52,893 nucleotides of DNA from a virus (taxonomy: Duplodnaviria; Caudoviricetes), in IMG/VR virus record IMGVR_UViG_3300032328_000405, positions 1 to 52,893 of that record; one strand, given 5' to 3'. Shown piece after piece: positions 9,630-18,373 of this stretch. The notes below the pieces were generated by a model. That model saw only the letters and a program-made list of their open reading frames with translations. It ran no database searches and was not told where the DNA came from. The stretch's first letter is position 1. Every line of letters begins with the position of its first letter. A program made the translations under genes and the position numbers.

Positions 9630-10145
9630 TTAAACACCTTTCCGTGCCAACAAGGTTGCTTTGCGAGACGCCATCCGTTTAGCGATTTGTTCTGGTGTCT
9701 GCTTGCGACCTTTGGCTTTTTTCCCGCCGGCGATACAGGCCTCCAAAGATGGGAAATTGGTTTTATTCCCAACAAGCCACGGAGTTGGGCGAGGGACCCC
9801 TTTCAGCGGACTAACATAATTCGGACCGCGAGGTTTGTTTATGGGAGGTCTGTTGCCGCCGATCGAAATATTCCAGCCAACATTTTCAGAAGAACGAATT
9901 TTTGATTCAACATCATAACAATAGCTTTCCGGGGCAACGATTAAAATTTCTTTTATTAAATTGTCCCAGCCATGTTTTGCGATTGCATTTGATAGTTTTT
10001 GGTTCTCATGCCGGTTATTTTTTTGGGACCAGAAATGCCCATATTTCCACCGTTTGCTAGCGTCACGAGCAACACCAACGTACCCCTCTGTCATAAAATC
10101 AGAGTGATGCGCGGCCCTAATCCAATAAACAGAACAAGGGGTCAT
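9630..10145 (-). CDS. Putative GIY-YIG-like homing endonuclease with NUMOD3-like tail
   Basis: 'SVYWI..GYVG..RW..H..L.NAI.KHG..E..GWNI..GG' and 'KGRKQTPEQIAKR'. Confidence 0.75.
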   Translation of the reverse strand: MTPCSVYWIRAAHHSDFMTEGYVGVARDASKRWKYGHFWSQKNNRHENQKLSNAIAKHGWDNLIKEILIVAPESYCYDVESKIRSSENVGWNISIGGNRPPINKPRGPNYVSPLKGVPRPTPWLVGNKTNFPSLEACIAGGKKAKGRKQTPEQIAKRMASRKATLLARKGV

Positions 10146-11194
10146 CTTGTGTATACCGCAATCGCTGGCGCAAAATATATCGGTGACTTGTCGCGCTCCT
10201 CTTGCTCGGCCAGATTGAACGATTTCTCTGCTAGCGCAGCCAAATACTGGATACGAGTGGGGTCAATACCAGGCAACTCTAGCGCCATCTGATGCGCCAG
10301 CATATTCAAAATGGCCATATACCAGCGCTGCGGAATCTCTAGCTCATCCGTAAGCGCTCCAACGTCCATTACCTGACGCGAATACCAGACAACAACCTGC
10401 ACGAACGAGTCGCTAGGTACCGGCCACAGATTCATTTGAGAAAGCGGCAGCGTCCTAGTCAACCAAAACTGAAATGGCTGGTTTGCAGTGAAGTTTTTAT
10501 TGGGCAGGTTCGTATAATCATCACGATTAAGCCTGGCCATCGTGATTTCGGTCGAATTATTGCCAAAAAACAGCTCTCTAACGACTAAAGTCCCACCGTT
10601 AGTTGCTCGCATTCTGTAATATTGGCAATTTTGCCCGGTTTCAATGTCGTACCAGAGCCATTCGTTGTTGACCCAAGTCTGCTGGCCCGGCGAGTAGAGC
10701 GTCTGCCAGGTAATTCCGTCGGTGGAATACTCAAATACAACCGTGAGGCTTCCAGAAACGCCCGGCAATACTCCGATTGAGCCGACGTAGACCGGTGAAC
10801 TGTAATAAATTGATATGTTTCCATTAGCAGATGTCTGTGTGCATACAGTGTCTACGTTGCCATCAAATGCGTTGATTGCAATGCCAGAACTTGAGGAATA
10901 AGCGCCACTAGGACGGTTCATCTTCCGATATAGCGCGTTGAGGACGTCATTGAACCCCACCGGCATATCGTAAACTTGCTTGTTCGCCTGCAGCCCGATG
11001 ACCTTCTTGTCAACGCACCAGTAGTTGATGCCGGTGTTGACAAGCTCCGACAGAACAAAATACAGCGACTCTTGAGCGGCGTTAACCTGTTCAACCGTCA
11101 ACTCTTCAGCAAGCTTCCCCGCACGGCGAGCGCCATGATCAATTAGCTTCTGAACGTTTACGACCGTATTACTAACTGTACCGCTGTACGCCAT
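10142..11194 (-). CDS. Head-tail connector/tail tubular-type structural protein with inserted discoidin-like domain
   Basis: 350 aa; 'NAFDG..EYSTDGITW..YYRMR' insert; 'LWPVP..Y..P..W..LA..MALE' adaptor-like pattern. Confidence 0.55.
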   Translation of the reverse strand: MAYSGTVSNTVVNVQKLIDHGARRAGKLAEELTVEQVNAAQESLYFVLSELVNTGINYWCVDKKVIGLQANKQVYDMPVGFNDVLNALYRKMNRPSGAYSSSSGIAINAFDGNVDTVCTQTSANGNISIYYSSPVYVGSIGVLPGVSGSLTVVFEYSTDGITWQTLYSPGQQTWVNNEWLWYDIETGQNCQYYRMRATNGGTLVVRELFFGNNSTEITMARLNRDDYTNLPNKNFTANQPFQFWLTRTLPLSQMNLWPVPSDSFVQVVVWYSRQVMDVGALTDELEIPQRWYMAILNMLAHQMALELPGIDPTRIQYLAALAEKSFNLAEQEERDKSPIYFAPAIAVYTR

Positions 11195-11197
11195 ACA

Positions 11198-11863
11198 TCA
11201 CCATCCCGGACAGTTCCACCGTTTCATAGAGGCTCGAGCACGACTCCCCTTCTCACTCTTTTCTGCTGTAGGACCCATGCGGGCACAGAACGAGTCACGC
11301 CTTGCCCCTCCGCCCGGCTGGGGAGCCTTCAGATCGCTTCCAGTCTCGCGGTTGTACTTAGCCCTACCCTTGGCCGTCAAACCCGCTCCTTGGTCCGCTG
11401 GGAGCTTTTCTCCGCGACCTATAGCCAGGCTAGGACCGCCCTTCTTGAGCTTTACAGTCTTGGCTGAGTCTTTAAAGGCTTGGGCAGTCGGGGCGCCAGG
11501 AGAGCCTGGTTTACGCATCCTCTCATCGCTACCCTCGGCTATTCTTTTTCTCTTGGCTGCGATGTTGGCATACAGGCCGCCGCCCTTCATTTTTTTTTCC
11601 AAGAACAATTTATCAACCATCTCCAGCCTCTCTGGTTTAGTTGTTTCTTTGTTGATAATGCTCAAGCGCTCGGATTTGCTTTTTCCTGCGTCATAAAAAC
11701 CTTCTTTTTTTAAAGATTTCATTACGCCGCCATCGTTCATTTTTTTATCAGCCGCTGCAAAGTCTTTTCCAACCGAAGTCGGAATGCCAACCTTCTTGGC
11801 AAAGTCGGGATTGTGCGCCACCGCTGCCATCAATCGGTGTTGGGCTGGGGATTTGCTAGGCAT
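11198..11863 (-). CDS. Basic modular head-associated protein
   Basis: Modules 'MPSKSPAQHRLMAAVAH', 'GLYANIAAKRKR', 'RRDSFCARM..RWNC' separated by xxGG motifs. Confidence 0.7.
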   Translation of the reverse strand: MPSKSPAQHRLMAAVAHNPDFAKKVGIPTSVGKDFAAADKKMNDGGVMKSLKKEGFYDAGKSKSERLSIINKETTKPERLEMVDKLFLEKKMKGGGLYANIAAKRKRIAEGSDERMRKPGSPGAPTAQAFKDSAKTVKLKKGGPSLAIGRGEKLPADQGAGLTAKGRAKYNRETGSDLKAPQPGGGARRDSFCARMGPTAEKSEKGSRARASMKRWNCPGW

Positions 11864-11865
11864 GA

Positions 11866-12618
11866 TCAGTCAGGGTTTTTGATCAAGATGCCGCCTGCAT
11901 ACATGCTGCAAATCAACGGTCCACCTGCACTTGCTTTCACGCAAAACTGCATGTCCGTTTTCTCGGTATGCGGCACCGGGAAGGTGTATGGCGTTTCTTG
12001 CTTTTGCACAAAAACGGTTTGATGGGTTACGGTAATTTGACCAGATACATTATCTTTGTTGTACTCTTGAGCAGTCATGTACGCGCTGGAAGTGAATCCA
12101 ATTGCGGCATCGTACTGAACATACGACAAGTGAAATGTGTAACCAGCAGGCACAGTGTAAATCGACATCTGCGTCTGGCCAACGCCGGGATTGATTTGCG
12201 CGTAAGTCGTTGAACTGATCTTTGCTGTAATGGTTCCGACGTTTGTGCCGTTAGTCACATACATCGCGTTGATACGCAAAAAAGAACCAGTAGTAGTTAC
12301 GTTGGTTACACCATTGAGGGCAATTGTTTCAACCAACGGCACAAACCCAGCGCCCAGCCCTTCAATACGCACACTCAGTGCTGTAGTGTCTGATGCAGAA
12401 CTACTTACCAAAACCAAAGGTGCCGCCGCTGACGGAGGCGTGTACAAACCCCCGGACTGGGTTTGGCCTTCCCACATTGGCCCCTGTGCCGTAGCGCCAA
12501 TCGCAGCGCTGTAGCCAAAAATTTCTACAGGAGTGTGCCCGTCAACCTGCCCTCGAGAAACTTGCAAATCAAATGGCTCATACGCACCCTGACGAGTGGC
12601 TGAAGAATAAACGCCCAT
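11866..12618 (-). CDS. Hypothetical structural protein
   Basis: ~250 aa beta-rich protein; GGAG RBS before MGVYSS; late operon. Confidence 0.7.
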   Translation of the reverse strand: MGVYSSATRQGAYEPFDLQVSRGQVDGHTPVEIFGYSAAIGATAQGPMWEGQTQSGGLYTPPSAAAPLVLVSSSASDTTALSVRIEGLGAGFVPLVETIALNGVTNVTTTGSFLRINAMYVTNGTNVGTITAKISSTTYAQINPGVGQTQMSIYTVPAGYTFHLSYVQYDAAIGFTSSAYMTAQEYNKDNVSGQITVTHQTVFVQKQETPYTFPVPHTEKTDMQFCVKASAGGPLICSMYAGGILIKNPD

Positions 12619-12637
12619 TTCTTTCTCCAATGAAGAC

Positions 12638-12654
12638 AGGGGCCGCAGCCCCCA
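12638..12654 (-). terminator. GC-rich hairpin between genes (possible weak terminator or processing site)
   Basis: GGGGC-cgca-GCCCC inverted repeat; only a short T tail on the minus strand. Confidence 0.4.
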
Positions 12655-12657
12655 TCC

Positions 12658-13581
12658 TTAACAGACTACGCCGCCGCGCTTCTTGCCAGGCACAACCGTC
12701 CGACTGATTTCGCGCTCAGTATCCGTCACCGAACCCTTACCGGGGCTGATTGCATCAACCACAGCCTTACCAGCCTTGCGAACCTTGCGAGGGATATACA
12801 AAAGGGCATCCCTCACGGCCTTTGCATCGGCCTCGTTCTCTTCCGTCTTGCGACGATAGAAGTCCGCGTTAGGATCACCGCCCTCGGCCATCATCACCGC
12901 ACCGCCCTTTTTATAGGTACCGGAGAGTTGATTGATGGACACTGGACCTGCAGGCTTCTTCTTGCCCTGCGGCATCTGCTCCGGACCACCGTCGTGCTGT
13001 ACGCGGCCGCCCTCAGCAAACTTTTTTGCAGCACCGCCTTTGCGGAAACCGCCAGCGTTAGCCATTGCAACACCGCCAGTCTTGTAACCGCAACTGCCGC
13101 TCACAGAACCGCCAGTCTTGAAACCGCCATTGCCGTTCACAACACCACCAGTCTTCAGGCCGCGATGACCCTTGCTAGCAGGCATATCCTCGTGCTTGGT
13201 CAGCTCCTTCTTGATGCCGGAAATCTCCTTCATCTCGGCCTTATGGACCTTGGAAGACTCCATCTCGCCGCCCTTCTTCATGGCAGGAGGCTTAGGAGGA
13301 AGGCTAGGGGGCATAGAAGGGGGCATAGCGGCCATCATCGCCTCAGCACGACCCGATGGAGCACCGGCAGCACCAGTGGCCATCATTGCACGACGACGAG
13401 AGGCCAGAGAGGGCTTCTTAGGCTTTGCACCAGCCATCATCCCGCCCTTAGGAGCACCGATCATTGCACCCATCGGAGCGCCGCCACCAGCCATCTTCTT
13501 GACCGCGCCGCCCTTCTTGAGTTTTAGCTCAACCGTAGGCTCGGTCGTCTCCATCTTTACCATTGGCTTGAATTCACGCAT
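12658..13581 (-). CDS. K/G/M-rich low-complexity internal head protein with many xxGG motifs
   Basis: About 10 [LMFY]xxGG motifs in 307 aa; AAGGAG RBS. Confidence 0.7.
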   Translation of the reverse strand: MREFKPMVKMETTEPTVELKLKKGGAVKKMAGGGAPMGAMIGAPKGGMMAGAKPKKPSLASRRRAMMATGAAGAPSGRAEAMMAAMPPSMPPSLPPKPPAMKKGGEMESSKVHKAEMKEISGIKKELTKHEDMPASKGHRGLKTGGVVNGNGGFKTGGSVSGSCGYKTGGVAMANAGGFRKGGAAKKFAEGGRVQHDGGPEQMPQGKKKPAGPVSINQLSGTYKKGGAVMMAEGGDPNADFYRRKTEENEADAKAVRDALLYIPRKVRKAGKAVVDAISPGKGSVTDTEREISRTVVPGKKRGGVVC

Positions 13582-13593
13582 GATTCTTACTCC

Positions 13594-14592
13594 TTATGCC
13601 TGAGTGACGCCCAGAGCGCCGACACGGGTTGCATTGGGGCCGACTGCGATACCAGGCAACAGGACCCCCATCACCGTGCGGACGATGCCGTTCGATGCAG
13701 TTGCGGGAGCGTAGGTGCCACGAACGTCGCCAGTGGTGGTCGTAGCAGTTGCAGTGTCCGCCGCAACAAACGTCCCAGCATCCTGGGCCAGCGTGTTGTT
13801 GGACTTGACGCTAGCAACATAAGCCACGTTGGCCACCCGAACTGGGATACCCAATACGTCGGTAGTACCAACAGTGATTGCTACCGGCAACGCGCCACTG
13901 ATTGTGATACCAGAGATTTGGTAAAACGCTTTTTTGCCAGCAACGTTAGCCACAGCAGAGGAGGTTGTCCCCGTTGCAATTGCTTCACTCATTGCCTGAC
14001 CGTAAACGTCAAAACCAGATACCGTGATGGTGCGGGAAGTTGTAATTGTTCCTGATGCTGTGGTCAACTGAACTGCGCGGGGTAAGTCAAATTGCAACAC
14101 GGTTACACCGCTTGCAGTAGTGACCGACTTCACACTGGTTCCAGCAGTCAGTGTCAAAGAACCAGCGGCGGCAGGGGTCTGTGATGCGGCAACGTTATTG
14201 GTAACCAATGCCTGAGGAACCACATCCCAAACATAGACGCGACCTAATGGGCCAACGCCAATGCTCATTGGAGATGGATTGTCAAGTGGCTCCAAGTCAT
14301 GCAACGTCAATGCAGTACTGTTTGCAATGTTGATTGCCTGGTTCAGCGTGTAAGTGCCAACGCCGCCAGTGCCGGTGCCAAACGCCGTGATGAAGGTGCC
14401 GTCGGTGACAGAGGTCCCATCAACGTACATCCCAACAACAATCGGAGCACCAAACCCAACTGCCGTAACAGTCAGGGTAGAAGAAGACGAGCCACCGGTG
14501 CCGCCAGTTACGGTGGTGGAATAATTGCGAAGACCCGTGCCCATATACGTTTGGGCAGGACCTAGAAACAAATCATCTGAAAATGCAGGCAT
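13594..14592 (-). CDS. Capsid decoration/head fibre-like protein
   Basis: 332 aa, T/G-rich, immediately after the major capsid gene; GGAG RBS. Confidence 0.6.
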   Translation of the reverse strand: MPAFSDDLFLGPAQTYMGTGLRNYSTTVTGGTGGSSSSTLTVTAVGFGAPIVVGMYVDGTSVTDGTFITAFGTGTGGVGTYTLNQAINIANSTALTLHDLEPLDNPSPMSIGVGPLGRVYVWDVVPQALVTNNVAASQTPAAAGSLTLTAGTSVKSVTTASGVTVLQFDLPRAVQLTTASGTITTSRTITVSGFDVYGQAMSEAIATGTTSSAVANVAGKKAFYQISGITISGALPVAITVGTTDVLGIPVRVANVAYVASVKSNNTLAQDAGTFVAADTATATTTTGDVRGTYAPATASNGIVRTVMGVLLPGIAVGPNATRVGALGVTQA

Positions 14593-14625
14593 GGTCTTCT
14601 CCTTGAAAAGCTTGACCAGTTAAAC

Positions 14626-14659
14626 AAAAAAGGGGGAGGCCTTTTGAACCACCCCCTTG
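14626..14659 (-). terminator. Rho-independent terminator after the major capsid gene
   Basis: Minus strand AAGGGGGTGG..CCTCCCCCTTTTT: hairpin followed by a T run. Confidence 0.75.
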
Positions 14660-14670
14660 CCAGGCGCTAC

Positions 14671-15585
14671 TTAAACGCCCGGAGTCCCGTACATTGCGCG
14701 AGGATCGGTGAAGCCAAGGTCGTAACGCTCAGTTGCCTTGTAGCGCATCGAATCGGTTTCAAAGTCCCCTTCCATCGTCTTCTCGAGCTTACGACGCATC
14801 AGAAGCTTCATGCCCTCTGGAGCGTCGGTCTGCACCCACCATGCGGAGGGGTTGGTCAGACGGGAAAGAACAGCGGCACCCTCGTCAAGCAAGCCAATCG
14901 ACTTGATCGGGTTGATGTCGTTGTTGGCGTTGCCCGAGCGCAAAGCACTCTTGAGCAGAACTTCAGCCTGGAAGACGTTGCCAGGAGCGACCACCAGCTG
15001 GCGGGGCACCAAACGAATCTTCTTCTGGTTGTTGTCCACAGCCTGACGGATCTGGATCAACATCTGCTCGAGCGAGGTCTGGCTAAGGTTAGCGGCCGTC
15101 GTCAACAGGTTGCTAAACGTACCAGTGGCGATTGGGTGGGATGCCGAGTTAAGGGCAACACCGTCACCGCCAGCGTAGGACGAGTTAAACGCACGGTTGA
15201 GAACGTTCGCGGCCAACGTCTCCTTCGTCTCAATCAAAGACTGAGCAAGGTGACGCGAGTAAACCTGGCCGATGCGGATATGGTCGCCGTCTTCAACAAG
15301 CACCTTCGTCAGTGCAAACGCCAAGCCATAGACGTTGTACACATAGCGCTTGAGGAAGAGCACGCCGCCCTGCTGGTACGAAACCGGAGTCCCGTCTGGC
15401 AGTTGCGGAGCTGCGCCAAATCCATAAAGGACTGGCTCCTCGTGATAGTTGCGGGGGATACCGGTCTGCTCACGGAAAACCCGTGACCATTCATCGGTAC
15501 GCTGATCGTAGACTCCGTCGAAGCATTCATTGAGGATTGGCTCAACGATGCTCCTAAAGTCCGTATTACGCATTGGAGCTGCCAT
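14671..15585 (-). CDS. Major capsid protein (HK97 fold, Mu gpT-like)
   Basis: 304 aa; 'YGLAFALT..EDG', 'GDGVAL.SASHP', 'PRQLVVAP', 'YKATERY..GFTDPR'; GGAGG RBS; downstream of the scaffold. Confidence 0.9.
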   Translation of the reverse strand: MAAPMRNTDFRSIVEPILNECFDGVYDQRTDEWSRVFREQTGIPRNYHEEPVLYGFGAAPQLPDGTPVSYQQGGVLFLKRYVYNVYGLAFALTKVLVEDGDHIRIGQVYSRHLAQSLIETKETLAANVLNRAFNSSYAGGDGVALNSASHPIATGTFSNLLTTAANLSQTSLEQMLIQIRQAVDNNQKKIRLVPRQLVVAPGNVFQAEVLLKSALRSGNANNDINPIKSIGLLDEGAAVLSRLTNPSAWWVQTDAPEGMKLLMRRKLEKTMEGDFETDSMRYKATERYDLGFTDPRAMYGTPGV

Positions 15586-15601
15586 GATTCAGTTCCTCCT
15601 T

Positions 15602-16228
15602 TTACAGTGCAACCGGGTAGGCCGCAGTGGACGCCGCATTCGACGACACGTTAATAGCAGCGTACTGGTGCTTGGAGATCTGAACCCGCACCACAACGAA
15701 TGGGTCGCCCCATGCATTGTCAGTACCAGGGAAAATATCAACAACACGCATTACGCCAGTTCCGGCAGCGCCAGCAGCGGTAGAGACACCTAGGCCGGTG
15801 GTTGACAGGCCAGTGACGTTAGAGCCGCTGGAGACCGTGAAACCGGTATTGGCCGAGAAGTTGAACTCGTCGCCGATGGAGGCCTGAGTGATCGTTGCAT
15901 CAGACTGGATTTCATAAACGATGTTGGGATCGCTATAGAAATAGGCAATACAAGATCCGGTTTGGTAGGCGGTGTTCGCTGGCCAGTAGTTGCTAACACG
16001 ACGGCGACCCGTTGTATCAGTAAACTCTACACCCGCGAAGGCACCAAGAATTGCATCCGAAGCAGCAGCAAGAACAATGTTCCCGCTCGTGTTCTGCTTG
16101 ACCGGAGCCCCTTTGAGAATGTCGGTATCGTAAGCCGACGCAATACCGTTTGCCAACGCTTGAGCGCGATCCAGACCAGAAGGATGGAACGCCGGGCGCA
16201 GGCCGAACGGAGCACTAGTTGCTGACAT
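15602..16228 (-). CDS. Capsid cement/decoration protein
   Basis: 'APFGLRP..I..G..V..GAF.G.EF..Y.DPNIVYEIQ'; directly upstream of the capsid gene. Confidence 0.7.
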   Translation of the reverse strand: MSATSAPFGLRPAFHPSGLDRAQALANGIASAYDTDILKGAPVKQNTSGNIVLAAASDAILGAFAGVEFTDTTGRRRVSNYWPANTAYQTGSCIAYFYSDPNIVYEIQSDATITQASIGDEFNFSANTGFTVSSGSNVTGLSTTGLGVSTAAGAAGTGVMRVVDIFPGTDNAWGDPFVVVRVQISKHQYAAINVSSNAASTAAYPVAL

Positions 16229-16247
16229 AGCACACTCCTAATAAAAG

Positions 16248-16790
16248 TTACCCTTGGAATACGGGCGTTTTTACGTTTCGGTCAAATTCACCAAAGCCTT
16301 CGCCTTCTACCCGACCCAGACTCCTACCAGAACTGTCCCTTGCACCCTGAAGATTCTCAACTTGGACCCGGATCTTATCCGCCTCGTCGTTGGGTAATTC
16401 ATGATGCATATGCAACATCAAGTCCTGATAAACGTCCATTGGAAGCTTATACAAAACCATCTCATTGCAAGCAATGTGACCGATCTGTTCGCCAGCTTTT
16501 ACACGGTAATTCTCAAACCCAGGAAACTCATCCGCTGTCACGGGAACGTACCCAAGCCGCATCCGCTTATCAATACTGTCGTAGCTGTTCGTCGTCGAGA
16601 GCCAGCAAAGATGCCATCCCGGTAAAGGCGGCACTTTTGGTAGCGCGGTCTGTGTCCACTCATCGCTCCACATCTTCCGACGTTCTTGCGCTGACATGAA
16701 CTTCTCCTCTACAGGAGCCCTTGATGCGTCCTCGCTAGAACGAGTTTCGCGTCCGCCAAGAGATAACGGTTTCTTAATTCTAGCATCCAT
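16248..16790 (-). CDS. Conserved head-module hypothetical protein
   Basis: 'LP.VP..PGWH.CW..GYVPV..L.K.P'; between scaffold and decoration genes. Confidence 0.7.
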   Translation of the reverse strand: MDARIKKPLSLGGRETRSSEDASRAPVEEKFMSAQERRKMWSDEWTQTALPKVPPLPGWHLCWLSTTNSYDSIDKRMRLGYVPVTADEFPGFENYRVKAGEQIGHIACNEMVLYKLPMDVYQDLMLHMHHELPNDEADKIRVQVENLQGARDSSGRSLGRVEGEGFGEFDRNVKTPVFQG

Positions 16791-17657
16791 TTACGCAGTT
16801 TCCCGGTTATTGCGATTCCAATTCGCATATTGCTTAATCATCTTGGCTCGCATCTTAGGATCATCCCAAAAACCGGCCTCCTTTAATGCCCTAACTCGCT
16901 CTGGGCTTACATAAAAAGAATCCCCGCTTGCTTGAGGCGCAGACTCCCTTTCAGACCCAGTGACAACGCTACGGGGACGCTTCTGTTTGTTTGGCAATCG
17001 TTCCCTCAGCCTAGAATCAAGCTCCTCCCAATACTCGGAGGATGCGGGGTCATAGTTCTCTCGAGCCAGCTGCGCGTCAATCACCCGTGCAATGTCGCTG
17101 TCAGTATCACCACCATTAGGATTGAACCACTTGTTGCGCTCCATCCATCTGTTGGTCTGGTCAATAACTCGAGGGTCTGCCTTGGGTGGCGCCTCAGCCT
17201 GCTCAATCATCGACTGCTTCTTCCAGCGCCAATACTCGAGCTTTTTCTCGGCGTCAGACTGAACCTGCTGCGCTGAGGCAAAAGTGTCACCGTCAACCTC
17301 GCTCACGGCCTTCTTAACCTGGCCCAGAGCCCACTCATAGCGCTCCTGCTCCTCGCGGATCTTCTTCTCCACGTTCTCAATCTCGGACTGAACACCGCGG
17401 CGCTCAACGGCAGACAGTCGCTCCTGCAGCTCACGGTTCTGGCGCTGCAGTAGCGTTAGCTGTGTGTCCTTCTCCTCATTGATCCGCTTGAACCGCTCCT
17501 TCTTCTCGCGGCGTCGATTGCGGTTCTGCTCCGCCGTCTCAGAAGATCCAGCCTCCTGATCCCCACCCTCGTCCGGGAGATCAACTAGCGCAACCGCGGA
17601 ACCGTCCTGCTCCTCAACAACTTCACCAATTTCTTGGTCTTGAGTGTCATCGGTCAT
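16791..17657 (-). CDS. Capsid scaffolding protein
   Basis: Acidic N-terminus, long coiled coil, 'W..RN.WF', basic C-terminal helix; typical position. Confidence 0.75.
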   Translation of the reverse strand: MTDDTQDQEIGEVVEEQDGSAVALVDLPDEGGDQEAGSSETAEQNRNRRREKKERFKRINEEKDTQLTLLQRQNRELQERLSAVERRGVQSEIENVEKKIREEQERYEWALGQVKKAVSEVDGDTFASAQQVQSDAEKKLEYWRWKKQSMIEQAEAPPKADPRVIDQTNRWMERNKWFNPNGGDTDSDIARVIDAQLARENYDPASSEYWEELDSRLRERLPNKQKRPRSVVTGSERESAPQASGDSFYVSPERVRALKEAGFWDDPKMRAKMIKQYANWNRNNRETA

Positions 17658-18064
17658 ACATACACCTTCATGTCAAGAGGGTTGCCAGTTACGATCGCAA
17701 TAACCTCGTGATCGTTGAAAATGGCAAAAAGGGCTGGGTCTTCCTTGTCTTCACTGGGAACCGGAACCTCCCAGCGATCTCCGCCCCACTTGGGAACGCG
17801 GATGTAATCTCCCACCTTGCACCATGCGCCTTCCGGCCAGGGCTGCTGAGAGTCACGGTGACAGAAAGCCAGAGGACCCAACGCAATGACCTTGGCCACC
17901 ATGTTGTTCCACTTCTCCTGCTCCTTCGTCTCCTCCACGAGAATGATTCCCGAGCCTGCCGTCTTACGCTTGGTCCGCTTCAGTTGGACAAGAATTCGTC
18001 CTCCTGCCGGCCGCGCCCCCGGTTCCACCGATGGGAAAGCCCATTCAAGTTCATCTGTTTGCAT
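17654..18064 (-). CDS. groES: GroES-like co-chaperonin
   Basis: 'PAGGRILVQ..KTAGSGIIL..AKVIALGP..CKVGDY..IFNDHEVIAIV'. Confidence 0.88.
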   Translation of the reverse strand: MQTDELEWAFPSVEPGARPAGGRILVQLKRTKRKTAGSGIILVEETKEQEKWNNMVAKVIALGPLAFCHRDSQQPWPEGAWCKVGDYIRVPKWGGDRWEVPVPSEDKEDPALFAIFNDHEVIAIVTGNPLDMKVYV

Positions 18065-18233
18065 CACCGTCCTCAAGTAAATTGTTGATAAAGTCCAAAG
18101 TCATCTGCAGGCCAATATGCTGACCCACCAGTCGCTGGTAACCCTCCCAGCTGTTTGTGCCGGCTAACATTGAGTCGGCGACAAATCCCTTTTGCTCTTC
18201 AATCAAGCCAATAAGATCGGAAATGAGCCTCAT
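18051..18233 (-). CDS. Small head-module protein
   Basis: 60 aa; '..WEGYQRLVG..GL' pattern; located between portal and GroES. Confidence 0.7.
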   Translation of the reverse strand: MRLISDLIGLIEEQKGFVADSMLAGTNSWEGYQRLVGQHIGLQMTLDFINNLLEDGDANR

Positions 18234-18373
18234 TTCTTTTCCTTGGCCTGCTGGAGAGCCCCCTTCTTCTCGGTACTACCCTTTAGTGATTGGCCATCAA
18301 GCTTCTCACCCATTGCAATGCGCTTATGCTGGTTAACATTAACGCCCTTCTGTTCCTGATCATTGGTTTTCAT
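18230..18373 (-). CDS. Small basic protein (47 aa), absent from the ORF track
   Basis: MKTNDQEQKGVNVNQHKRIAMGEKLDGQSLKGSTEKKGALQQAKEKK; fills the gap with overlapping start and stop codons. Confidence 0.65.
   Translation of the reverse strand: MKTNDQEQKGVNVNQHKRIAMGEKLDGQSLKGSTEKKGALQQAKEKK

Noticed and set aside
14644-15486. 280-aa plus-strand ORF opposite the capsid gene (likewise 12928-13527, 19303-19845, 31830-32516, 38889-39614, 43094-43873)
   Set aside because: Shadow ORFs of strongly biased or repetitive genes, with no RBS or recognisable motifs
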